IMG/VR virus record: IMGVR_UViG_3300044691_000355
Coordinates: 68,773 to 132,772 of that record
DNA length: 64,000 nt
Reading direction: 5' to 3' (one strand)
DNA from: a virus
Positions 1 to 8,325 of this stretch are shown here, piece after piece; within the stretch, counting starts at the first letter, position 1; each line of letters opens with the position of its first letter. A program made the position numbers and the translations under genes. The notes below the pieces were generated by a model. That model was not told where the DNA came from. It searched no databases and saw only the letters and a program-made list of their open reading frames with translations.

Positions 1-2
1 TT

Positions 3-1100
3 CGCGTCGTCAATCCGCTCACGGAGAAGAAAATTCGCGTGCCTGACGAGGCCACGGCGCGCGCCATCGCTGAGCAGTTCAATGAGCTGCGCTGCATGGA
101 GCATAAGCAAACCGTAGAGCGCCGCTACGGTAAAAAAACCGCCGCCGATGTCGTTGACATGTTTCTCGCCGATGAGGTGCCCGGCAAACCGTGGAAGAAT
201 GGCACGCGCGCCAATCATGTGTACAAGCTCAAGCGCTTTAAGAGGCAATTTGGCGAGCATGAATTCGCACGGGTCGATTGTGTGATGCTGCGCGACTGGC
301 TCAAGAGCTTCGTCCGCTCGGCAGGCCTGTGGGGCAAATACCGCGACACCTTAAGCCTGATGTGGGCGTTTGCCATCAGCGTCAATCTCGTCGGGGAGAA
401 CGAGCCGCTCAAGGTTCTGGCAAAGTACACCGGCCCGAAGGTGGCCGCGAACCGCACCCAGCGCCGCCCGCTCGATGTGGCTGCCTACAAAGCGATCTAT
501 GAGCACGCCCCGGCGTACCTGCGCCTCGCCATGGACTTATCGCTTTTGACCCTCCAGTCGCGCAATGAAATCATCAACATGGAGCACACCGATTTCGATG
601 ATGGCTACCTGTTCGTGATCCGGGAGAAGACCGCCTACAAATCGAACATGGCTTTCATCAAGATCGCCCTGACCGAGGAGTTGAAGTACCTGCGCCAGCG
701 CGGCCGGATGCTCGACAATGCCGCAAGCCCGTACCTCGTCCATCGCAAGCCGTTCAAGAAGTACAAGCGCGCCCCCAGGGAGGGTGAGACCGCCATGCCG
801 CATTGGACGTGGATCACCCCGAACTTCCTCTCCAAGGCGTTCAAAAAGGCGCGCAACAAGACTGGGCTCTGGGAGGGGGTGCCACAGGTGGAGCAGCCGG
901 GCTTTCATATGATCCGCAAATTGGGTGCCCAGCTTGCCGAGGACCGTGGCGTGCCCACCGGGGTCATTCAGGCCCTCATGACGCACTCCAGCCCCGAGAC
1001 CACGATGATCTACCTCGACCGGGGAGAGGCGGCGCTGACGGCCTCTGACTTCGTTCCCACGGCCACCCTGTTCACCCTCAAGGAGGCGCTGGGCCGATGA
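3..1100 (+). CDS. int: Tyrosine integrase 1 (lambda-Int-like), 5' end lies before the window
   Basis: Frame open from base 3 (RVVNPLTEKK, arm-binding-like); catalytic R(QSRNE), K(REKT), HMIR, H(MTHSS), Y(TMIY). Confidence 0.92.
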   Translation, partial: RVVNPLTEKKIRVPDEATARAIAEQFNELRCMEHKQTVERRYGKKTAADVVDMFLADEVPGKPWKNGTRANHVYKLKRFKRQFGEHEFARVDCVMLRDWLKSFVRSAGLWGKYRDTLSLMWAFAISVNLVGENEPLKVLAKYTGPKVAANRTQRRPLDVAAYKAIYEHAPAYLRLAMDLSLLTLQSRNEIINMEHTDFDDGYLFVIREKTAYKSNMAFIKIALTEELKYLRQRGRMLDNAASPYLVHRKPFKKYKRAPREGETAMPHWTWITPNFLSKAFKKARNKTGLWEGVPQVEQPGFHMIRKLGAQLAEDRGVPTGVIQALMTHSSPETTMIYLDRGEAALTASDFVPTATLFTLKEALGR

Positions 1101-1169
1101 TCATCATGGTGTACTTGGGACGCGCTCAATTGAGGCGCGCTGAGCCCTCAAAAGCGGGTCGGTACATCT

Positions 1170-1200
1170 GGGTAAAACGTTTTACCCATAGTTTTACCCA
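1170..1200. repeat. Palindrome GGGTAAAACGTTTTACCC plus direct repeat GTTTTACCCA x2, putative integrase arm-type sites
   Basis: Seen at 1170-1187, 1179-1188 and 1191-1200, between int1 and its att core. Confidence 0.55.
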
Positions 1201-1257
1201 GGCATTTTTCGCGCCGTCGAAAATCGCGGCCAACTACATGAATTTGATCGAGAAAAG

Positions 1258-1302
1258 TGGTGCGCGCTAGTGGGATCGAACCACTGACCCCCACCATGTC
1301 AA
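1258..1302 (-). other. att core 1: 3' half of tRNA-Val(GAC)
   Basis: Minus strand TTGACATGGTGGGGGTCAGTGGTTCGATCCCACTAGCGCGCACCA = anticodon loop GAC, T-arm, CCA; no 5' half. Confidence 0.9.
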
Positions 1303-1426
1303 AATTGGCGCGCACGGCGGGCAATGCCACGGATTCTATAGTAATAGTGGTATTTAGCGCCAGGCTCAAAAGTAACTTGCGTATCCCTAAATTGTCGTTT
1401 AGAAACCATCACGAACAAAGGACACC

Positions 1427-2122
1427 ATGATGGACACAGCCACATCAATTTCACACCCCCACCTCCTGCGCCCTGGCATGCCCCCAGTGCCGCGCCGGAT
1501 GAAAGGCCTACGCATCAGCGACAAGGGGTATCCCGTGCCCTGGTTCGTCGAGTGGATCGACGGCAAGCCGGATTTTCGCGTGATGAGCGCAGAGAAGATG
1601 CTGACCTCTATCAGGTTCGGGAACTGCTGGCTATGCGGCATCCCCGTGGGGGTACACAAGACCTTCGTCATTGGCCCCATGTGCGTGGTCAACCGCACCA
1701 CGGCCGAGCCACCTAGCCACCACGACTGCGCGGCGTTCGCTGCAATGGCCTGCCCGTTCCTGACCCTCCCGAAAGCGAAGCGCCGCGAGGCAAACCTACC
1801 CAACCACGTGGCCCCGGCGGGCTTCATGATCGCTCGCAATCCGGGTGCAACATGCTTGTACACGACGAATTCTTTCAAGCCCTACAAGGCGCACACCGAG
1901 ACCGGTGGCGGCAGTGGCATCCTCATGGAGCTGGGCGAGCCTACCTCCGTCGAGTGGTACGCCCTGGGCCAGCGCTGCGGGCGCGCGGCGGTGCTGGAGT
2001 CAATCGACAGCGGGATGCACCTCCTATGGGCGGCAGCGCACATGGACCGCGACATCATTCAATCGCTGGTGGACCTTGAGAATGCCTACGCGCGCGCGAT
2101 GTCGCTGCTGCCAGCCGAATGA
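1427..2122 (+). CDS. Phage hypothetical protein, putative Zn-binding
   Basis: 231 aa, RBS AAGGA, CWLCG and HHDC...CPFL motifs. Confidence 0.75.
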   Translation: MMDTATSISHPHLLRPGMPPVPRRMKGLRISDKGYPVPWFVEWIDGKPDFRVMSAEKMLTSIRFGNCWLCGIPVGVHKTFVIGPMCVVNRTTAEPPSHHDCAAFAAMACPFLTLPKAKRREANLPNHVAPAGFMIARNPGATCLYTTNSFKPYKAHTETGGGSGILMELGEPTSVEWYALGQRCGRAAVLESIDSGMHLLWAAAHMDRDIIQSLVDLENAYARAMSLLPAE

Positions 2123-2412
2123 GCGCCTACGTGATGCAACTGGTCTGCCTGGCTAACGGCGAGGCATCACCGCACGATGGCACGTACCTAGTGCGGTACG
2201 AACCTCCGGCGATGCGCCCCGATGCCTCGGGCTACGAAGGTGGGACGCTCGTCACCACGCGCGTCGTCGCGGAAGCGCATAAATTTTCCGACTCGGTTGA
2301 GTTGCTTGAGTGCTGGCGCAAAGCCAACGGGACCCGCCCGTATGACGGCAAACCGAATCGGCCGCTGACGGCATACACGGTTGAGGCCGTGCCACTGGAC
2401 GAGCTGAAATGA
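2119..2412 (+). CDS. Phage hypothetical protein
   Basis: ATGA-coupled to upstream ORF. Confidence 0.7.
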   Translation: MSAYVMQLVCLANGEASPHDGTYLVRYEPPAMRPDASGYEGGTLVTTRVVAEAHKFSDSVELLECWRKANGTRPYDGKPNRPLTAYTVEAVPLDELK

Positions 2413-2645
2413 TCGCGAAGTGCCAGCGTTCGCTTTCGACTAACGAACCGGATGGCCCGCAGCTTCTGATCTACAACCATGCCAGAGATTTAATGTGGAT
2501 GGGCGCAATCCCGGATGAGTGGAACGATCTATTCGGACCGACCATCGCGCCGTGGGACAATCGTTTCTTTGCTGAGGTCCGGTGGGCTGACCTTGTTCGC
2601 CCGCCACTATTCGTCCGTAAGCTACCGGAGCAAGACTGGAAATGA
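2409..2645 (+). CDS. Phage hypothetical protein
   Basis: ATGA-coupled at both ends. Confidence 0.65.
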   Translation: MIAKCQRSLSTNEPDGPQLLIYNHARDLMWMGAIPDEWNDLFGPTIAPWDNRFFAEVRWADLVRPPLFVRKLPEQDWK

Positions 2646-3145
2646 CCCCTGAGTTCCGCAAGTTCTACGATTCCATGCTCGAATGCGTCGGCGCGCTGAT
2701 CGCGCTTGACCCGCCAGCCGATTCCCCCGAGGGGCGGTTGCTCGTCGGGCTAGCCACGTCGCTGGAGGAGTTTGAGAAAACCGAGTTCCCGTTCACTGAA
2801 CGGGATGTGCGGACAGCGACAGGGGCGCACCTTGACGCGCTGATGGGTATCCGACCGCCGGGGGTGACTGACGCCGAAGTGCGCAGCCTTTCCGGCATGG
2901 AGGCAATTCTCGCGATTGCCGATCTGCGCGCTCCTGACGGGACCGTGTACCCAGCCGAAGAATTGAAAAGGACGGCTAATGGCCGGACAACATTCTGGGA
3001 CGAAGCGCGCCAAGCATTGATCTATCGCGGGCCGGTGCCGCCACCCTCCTACACCTGCCGGTTCTGCCAGCGCGTCAGCTACAACGGGAACGACATCGCG
3101 CAGCGCTATTGCGGGCACTGCCACAAGTTCGCAATCAACCAATGA
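2642..3145 (+). CDS. Mosaic protein: HigA-N-terminus-like helix plus C-terminal Zn finger
   Basis: DSPEGRLLVGLATSLEEFEK; CRFC...CGHCH. Confidence 0.6.
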   Translation: MTPEFRKFYDSMLECVGALIALDPPADSPEGRLLVGLATSLEEFEKTEFPFTERDVRTATGAHLDALMGIRPPGVTDAEVRSLSGMEAILAIADLRAPDGTVYPAEELKRTANGRTTFWDEARQALIYRGPVPPPSYTCRFCQRVSYNGNDIAQRYCGHCHKFAINQ

Positions 3146-3229
3146 GCGCCGCTGGATGGAACTTGAATACTACCGCGACAAAAGCCACGTGATCGTCATC
3201 GGGCTATTCGAGGATGGTGCCCTGGTTAC

Positions 3230-3574
3230 ATGGGCGATCTTTTGGAATGGGAAGCCGCGCTCAGGCCGATGGCCGAAACGTCGTACTCCCAGCGGAGAGG
3301 TGAAGCCGTGAAGCTACCGGAAGTGGATGCCGTCAATATCAATGAGCTATCGACGGAGGCGCGCACCGCGATTACCGATGCGCTCTTTGATGACGGCTGG
3401 GACGTTGGCAAGTCGTGGATTGACTTCGATATGTGCTGCGGCATCTGGTTCCGATTGAAGTACGCGAAGGATGACCCTGACCTATTCCCCAAGGGCAAGT
3501 GGGCTACCTTGCAGCGTTTCGAGCAATTGATTGAGCAGGCAGTACGCTCACAATCTGATGCCGGGGTGAAGTGA
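3230..3574 (+). CDS. Phage hypothetical protein (start may be GTG 3308)
   Basis: ORF coupled to next gene; GAGG upstream of 3308. Confidence 0.55.
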   Translation: MGDLLEWEAALRPMAETSYSQRRGEAVKLPEVDAVNINELSTEARTAITDALFDDGWDVGKSWIDFDMCCGIWFRLKYAKDDPDLFPKGKWATLQRFEQLIEQAVRSQSDAGVK

Positions 3575-3852
3575 TGGCCATACATATCAAGACGGTCGAA
3601 GACTTGACGAAAGCCCTGGCATTGTTCGATCCGCAGACGCCTATCATATCCGTGTTCGAGGGTATCTTTGGGCCGATCACTGTCTATCGTAGCGACCCGC
3701 AATCCTGGTACGGAAAGCATTTGCCGGGGCCGGTAGCGCATTGTGTGCTTGAGCCGGAGAATTTGACTTACGAGAGCGACACGTCGGACGGGTTCATTCC
3801 TATTGATGATCCTGATGCCGCAACGGTCAAGGCTCCAGGGACTTCGCCATGA
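3571..3852 (+). CDS. Phage hypothetical protein
   Basis: Overlapping start/stop with upstream ORF. Confidence 0.55.
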   Translation: MMAIHIKTVEDLTKALALFDPQTPIISVFEGIFGPITVYRSDPQSWYGKHLPGPVAHCVLEPENLTYESDTSDGFIPIDDPDAATVKAPGTSP

Positions 3853-4033
3853 GATCCCAATACTCAGCCTTTTCAGCAGCGTCCATCCCGGCTTCATCCT
3901 TACCCTTGGCAAGCAGCTCGATCGCGCGTCGCGCCCACTTGTCACGCTTGACGCTGTATTCGACGTGGCGGCGGAAGCGCTCTACGAGGTCTGTTTTTGG
4001 GCGCATGGCTGATTATGCACACGGAAAATTATA

Positions 4034-5866
4034 ATGAAGCAAATACGGATTGGCTCTGTTTCTATCCCGCTCGATAGCTATGTCGTGGGAGGAACTGCGT
4101 TATTGGGAATCAGGGAATCTGGAAAAACCTACGCGGCCAAGGGCATCGCTGAACAACTCCTTGATTATAAGATACCGATTGTCGTCTTCGACGCCATTGG
4201 CGTCTGGAGGCACTTAAAAGTCGCGCGCCCCAGCGCTGGCGGCCGGGGCTTCAAGATCGTCATTGCTGGCGGCGAGAGCGCTGATCTACCACTGACGCCG
4301 GCCAGCGCACCGGCTATTGTTCGCGCCGCGATCGCTGAGAACATCCCGCTCGTCATCGATTTGTACGATCACAAGCTGTCGAAGGCTGACTGGCGTCGCA
4401 TCGTGCAGCATTGCTTCCGCACGTTGCTCTACGAGAACAAGGGGCTGCGCCATATTTTCCTCGAGGAAACCGCGGAGTACGCGCCTCAAAAGGTCATGGA
4501 CGGCGAGACCTATGCCGAGGTAGAGAAACTTGTGCGCATGGGCGGCAACAAGTCGCTTGGTATCACGCTGATCAATCAGCGGGCACAGGAAGTCAACAAG
4601 GCTGTCTTGGATCTCTGCGAAAATCTCGTGCTGATGCGCCAACGCGGCGCCCACGCCATCGGGGCGCTGGAGAAGTGGATCGACAAGCTGGAACCTGATA
4701 TCGCCAAGACCATCGCAACCGAGATGCCGCACATGGAAGCCGGTGACGCCTGGGTATTCAGCGGCAGCGCCGAAACCGCCAAGCGCACACACACTGCGCA
4801 TATCCTTTCGTATCACCCGGATCGCCGCAAACCACAGACGAAGGCGACAGCGCCCGATCGTATTGCTGACACCGTCGACTTTGTGTCGAAGCTCGCTGGA
4901 GAGTTGAAATCGCTGACGGCTGAGGCGGCGGCAAACGATCCATCGACGCTCAAGCGGCGTATAGCCGAGCTGGAGCGCCAGGTGAAGGCGGCGCCCGCCA
5001 AGGCGACAGCAGCGGTCACTGATTCGGCCACCGGCAGACGTCATGCCGCTCAGCTCGTAAAACTCACTGCATTGATCGAGGAGCTTATGAAATTCGTCGT
5101 CACGATCAACGCCAAGGACTTCACGGCCAAGGCCGGCGAGAACGTCGACGGAGATGCGCTACAGAAGGCGATCGAGGCGGCCGTGGTCCGCGCTCGGCAA
5201 CTGATTGAGCAAAGCATGGAGGCGCGTAACCGTGAGCTGCAGGCGCTGCAGCGAGACGGCGGCCGACTGGTGGCACGCGTGCAAAAGCTGCTCGAATCCC
5301 AGGACGTCAAGATCGACGTCGACGTAAAGCACAATGAACCATTCACCGTGGCGCCGACGCAGCGGCCAGCGCCGGCAGCCAGAAAGACCAATGGGTCATC
5401 CAGCGATATTGGCTCTGGCGGCAAGCGTCGAATGCTCACCGTACTGGCGCAGTACCCTGAAGGTATGCACCACGGCAAGCTGTCGATTCTTACGGGCCTT
5501 TCGTCGCGCTCCGGCACCTGGAGCACCTATCTGGGAGAACTTCGCACCAAAGGATGGGTGGAGGGGCGCGACCATCTGAAAGTCACGGAAGACGGATTGC
5601 AGGCGCTAGGCGATTGGCAGCCACTGCCGACAGGCCAACAATTGATTGAGTATTGGCGGCAACGGCTGGGCGACAGCGGCAAGCGAAAGATATTTGATGT
5701 CGCAGTAGCGGCCTATCCGAATGCTGTCGTCACCGAAGAGGTAGCCGAGCAAACCGGTTTATCTGCGCGCAGCGGAACGTGGAGTACATATCTCGGCGAG
5801 CTGCGCACGCTCGGGCTCATAACCGGCCGCGGCGAAGTGCGCGCCAGTGAGGATTTGTTCTCATGA
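4034..5866 (+). CDS. HerA/FtsK-like (DUF87-type) ATPase with coiled coil and two C-terminal winged-helix repeats
   Basis: Walker A GIRESGKT, Walker B IFLEE, LINQR; duplicated GLSxRSGTWSTYLGELRT. Confidence 0.8.
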   Translation: MKQIRIGSVSIPLDSYVVGGTALLGIRESGKTYAAKGIAEQLLDYKIPIVVFDAIGVWRHLKVARPSAGGRGFKIVIAGGESADLPLTPASAPAIVRAAIAENIPLVIDLYDHKLSKADWRRIVQHCFRTLLYENKGLRHIFLEETAEYAPQKVMDGETYAEVEKLVRMGGNKSLGITLINQRAQEVNKAVLDLCENLVLMRQRGAHAIGALEKWIDKLEPDIAKTIATEMPHMEAGDAWVFSGSAETAKRTHTAHILSYHPDRRKPQTKATAPDRIADTVDFVSKLAGELKSLTAEAAANDPSTLKRRIAELERQVKAAPAKATAAVTDSATGRRHAAQLVKLTALIEELMKFVVTINAKDFTAKAGENVDGDALQKAIEAAVVRARQLIEQSMEARNRELQALQRDGGRLVARVQKLLESQDVKIDVDVKHNEPFTVAPTQRPAPAARKTNGSSSDIGSGGKRRMLTVLAQYPEGMHHGKLSILTGLSSRSGTWSTYLGELRTKGWVEGRDHLKVTEDGLQALGDWQPLPTGQQLIEYWRQRLGDSGKRKIFDVAVAAYPNAVVTEEVAEQTGLSARSGTWSTYLGELRTLGLITGRGEVRASEDLFS

Positions 5867-6027
5867 TGTTCGACGCCCGCCTACGCGAGATCAAAAAACG
5901 CAACCTTGAGCATTTCAAGAAGTTCGGGGCGCTGTCTTCCGATCCGCAGGCCAACGATATCCGCGACATATTGGAGCATGTTGATGAGTTGAATGAGGAA
6001 TTGGACCGCGTTGGTGAGGAGTATTAG
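5863..6027 (+). CDS. Small hypothetical protein (54 aa, below ORF-track cutoff)
   Basis: ATGA-coupled, MMFDARLREIKKRN..., stop TAG just before next start. Confidence 0.55.
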   Translation: MMFDARLREIKKRNLEHFKKFGALSSDPQANDIRDILEHVDELNEELDRVGEEY

Positions 6028-6029
6028 AG

Positions 6030-6527
6030 GTGACGGGATTCCTCACTGATGAACAAGTGCGGGACTACACCGGGAAGTTGCAGCCAGCAGCTCAAGTGCG
6101 CGTGTTGAACAAGCACGGCATCCGGCACAAGGTAACGGACTTCAATCGCGTTCTAGTCACGTGGAATGCCGTCAACGGGATAGAGGACGAGCCCATGCCA
6201 AACGCCGCGACCGAGGCCGCGCGCGCACCGCTACTGAGCTTGGATGCGCTACGCGTGTTGCCCACTGATCTTCATCATGTCGGGAGCGGCGTGTATTTTT
6301 TGTGGGATCAAGAGTGGCTTGTGTACGTTGGGCAATCTAATTGCATTCCAGATCGAATCCGCGCGCATCGCAACGCGAGGAACGGTCTGCGCCCAGGCAG
6401 GGTTATTCACTTCGACAGGCACACCTATCTGCTGCTTGAGAGCGCTGGCGATATGGATACCGTCGAGGCTCGGTATATCCATCATTACAATCCTGAGTTC
6501 AATGTGCATTGCCGAAGTGACACATGA
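6030..6527 (+). CDS. DUF4224-like (excisionase-like) domain fused to GIY-YIG nuclease domain
   Basis: N-term FLTDEQVRDYTG..QPAAQVRVLNKHGI; C-term GVYFL..LVYVGQS..RI..H..E..YI...P.FN. Confidence 0.7.
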   Translation: MTGFLTDEQVRDYTGKLQPAAQVRVLNKHGIRHKVTDFNRVLVTWNAVNGIEDEPMPNAATEAARAPLLSLDALRVLPTDLHHVGSGVYFLWDQEWLVYVGQSNCIPDRIRAHRNARNGLRPGRVIHFDRHTYLLLESAGDMDTVEARYIHHYNPEFNVHCRSDT

Positions 6528-6904
6528 ACGAAGAAAACCCTATGAGCGAAAATCACACGATGAGTTTGGCGCAAGCCGCTGAATTCCTGCGGATTCACCC
6601 TGAGACTCTTGCGGCTCGCGCCAGGGCTAACGAGATCCCTGGTTGCAAGGTTGGCAGGTCCTGGGTTTTCATGCCTGAATTATTGAGGGAGTACCTGAGA
6701 TGTCGATCTACCGCCGCAAAGGAACGCCCAACTGGTGGATCAGCATCAGCGTCGCTGGCCGAAAGACTCGCCGGACGACTGGCACAGCGGACCGCGAAAA
6801 AGCAAAGGAGTTCGAGACAAGCGAGCGCGAACGGCTCTGGCGAGTCCACAAGCTCGGTGATACAGGTTACGTTCGGTGGGCCGAAGCGGCAGCAAGATGG
6901 TTAG
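6524..6904 (+). CDS. xis: Excisionase-like HTH protein
   Basis: MSLAQAAEFLRIHPETLAARARANEIPGCKVGRSWVF; directly upstream of and overlapping int2. Confidence 0.8.
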   Translation: MNEENPMSENHTMSLAQAAEFLRIHPETLAARARANEIPGCKVGRSWVFMPELLREYLRCRSTAAKERPTGGSASASLAERLAGRLAQRTAKKQRSSRQASANGSGESTSSVIQVTFGGPKRQQDG

Positions 6905-7734
6905 CCGATGTTCCAGAGTCATCGAAGGCGAAAGAGCTTTCGGTACTCAACTGGTTCAAACAGCACCTTGAGCATGAGCCGCTACGCGCGATCGACCGCG
7001 ACGCCATCCAGGTGCTCCGTGAGCTCTGCCTCGACGGCCGCGCCAAATCCACGGTCGATAGACATATGGCCATCCTCCGCGCGGTACTTCGTAAGTGCGT
7101 CGAGTGGGGATACCTCGAGGCTGCGCCGCCGGTTCCGATGTACAACGCGCGCCAGGGAGATTTTCGTTGGCTCACTCATGCAGAGTTCGACGCCCTACAT
7201 AAGGAACTGCCTCCACACCTTCAGCTTGCAGCTGACTGCGCCGTACGCACCGGCCTGCGGATGCGCTCCATGCTTCGGCTCACGTGGGACCGTATCGACC
7301 TTCGCAAGAAACGGTTTTGGGTACCAGGCATGCAAATGAAAGGCAAGTTCGCCCACGGCATGCCGATCAATCGTGAGATGGCCAAATTGTTCCGCAAGCT
7401 CAAGACCGCGAACCCATCTGGCGATCGCGTCTTTCAGTTCAACGGCGAACCCATCGATGATTGCAACACGGAGGCGTTTAAGAAGGCCGTGGCGCGGTCC
7501 GGCGTCGGGCCGCTACGTTGGCATGACCTACGCCACACGTTCGCTTCGTGGGCTGTGCAGAATGGCGTTACGCTGCAAGAACTCATGCAGCTCGGCGGCT
7601 GGAAAACGTTCTCGTCGGTCCTTCGATACGCGCATTTGGCGCCGGATCACCTAGCTGAAGCAGCAGAACTGGTGCGACATTCAGGACACAGTAGACACAG
7701 GAGTTCTCCACGTGGAACGCGAAAAACTCCTTAA
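6700..7734 (+). CDS. int: Tyrosine integrase 2
   Basis: TGLR, K(MKGK), HDLRHT, LGGW, RYAH catalytic motifs; arm-binding N-terminus. Confidence 0.95.
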   Translation: MSIYRRKGTPNWWISISVAGRKTRRTTGTADREKAKEFETSERERLWRVHKLGDTGYVRWAEAAARWLADVPESSKAKELSVLNWFKQHLEHEPLRAIDRDAIQVLRELCLDGRAKSTVDRHMAILRAVLRKCVEWGYLEAAPPVPMYNARQGDFRWLTHAEFDALHKELPPHLQLAADCAVRTGLRMRSMLRLTWDRIDLRKKRFWVPGMQMKGKFAHGMPINREMAKLFRKLKTANPSGDRVFQFNGEPIDDCNTEAFKKAVARSGVGPLRWHDLRHTFASWAVQNGVTLQELMQLGGWKTFSSVLRYAHLAPDHLAEAAELVRHSGHSRHRSSPRGTRKTP

Positions 7735-7740
7735 GAATCA

Positions 7741-7788
7741 TGGTGGAGGAGAAGGGGATCGAACCCTCGACCTTCGCATTGCGAATGC
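7741..7788 (-). other. att core 2: 3' half of tRNA-Ala(CGC)
   Basis: Minus strand GCATTCGCAATGCGAAGGTCGAGGGTTCGATCCCCTTCTCCTCCACCA; anticodon CGC, U70, CCA; D-arm/5' half absent. Confidence 0.9.
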
Positions 7789-7812
7789 TATCTGGCGTCC
7801 GCTTGATAAGCA

Positions 7813-7825
7813 AATCAATCACTTA
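7813..7825 (+). promoter_or_regulatory. IHF binding site flanking att core 2
   Basis: AATCAATCACTTA matches WATCAANNNNTTR exactly. Confidence 0.7.
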
Positions 7826-7970
7826 TGGATGGTCAAAACAGTAGTATCCAGCGTATTCCAGTCAAGCAATAGCACGATCCGGCCACACCAAAAAGGGACG
7901 CGAATCAGGGGCACCCTGCACACCGTCCACGGCTAGAATGCGCACCATCGCAGGGACATGGAGAATCGCG

Positions 7971-8075
7971 ATGCTTGAAACGGAACCCAATAAAGGGAAT
8001 CTCCGCCGCCGTGACTACGTGTTTTTAATTATCGCCATCGCAATTCTTGCGTGGTTTGGGATCACGCTTCCGTGA
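7971..8075 (+). CDS. 34-aa single-TM membrane peptide
   Basis: GGAG RBS; MLETEPNKGNLRRRDYVFLIIAIAILAWFGITLP. Confidence 0.45.
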   Translation: MLETEPNKGNLRRRDYVFLIIAIAILAWFGITLP

Positions 8076-8131
8076 GCGACGCAGTGTGGGCTAAAAAGCT
8101 CTGCATCGGATGCTGATCGGAAAAAAACCGG

Positions 8132-8171
8132 TTGACATTTCGCGACCGCTGTTTTGGAGCGGTGGTATAAT
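8132..8171 (+). promoter_or_regulatory. Sigma70 extended -10 promoter (TGGTATAAT) with TTGACA 28 bp upstream
   Basis: TTGACA 8132-8137, TATAAT 8166-8171, inverted repeat ACCGCT/AGCGGT between them. Confidence 0.6.
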
Positions 8172-8325
8172 TGCGGGCAACGCGGTGTAACAAGCACCGC
8201 GCGCCCTAAGCACAACGATCTGGATTGGAGAACGCCATGCCTGCCTCGAAGAATATCACCAACTGTTTTCTCCACCGGCATTTGTCGGCCGATGGCACGT
8301 TGCTGTAAAAAGACAGAAGCGAATC

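Noticed and set aside
1258-1302. Functional tRNA-Val gene
   Set aside because: Only anticodon loop to CCA is present; no D-arm or 5' acceptor strand, so it is an att core
4286-5044. 252-aa minus-strand ORF
   Set aside because: Antisense to the HerA-like ATPase with no recognisable motifs
1303-7740. Separate satellite integrated between the two att cores
   Set aside because: The two cores derive from different tRNAs and are not a direct-repeat attL/attR pair
7741-7788. Functional tRNA-Ala gene
   Set aside because: 5' half absent; att core
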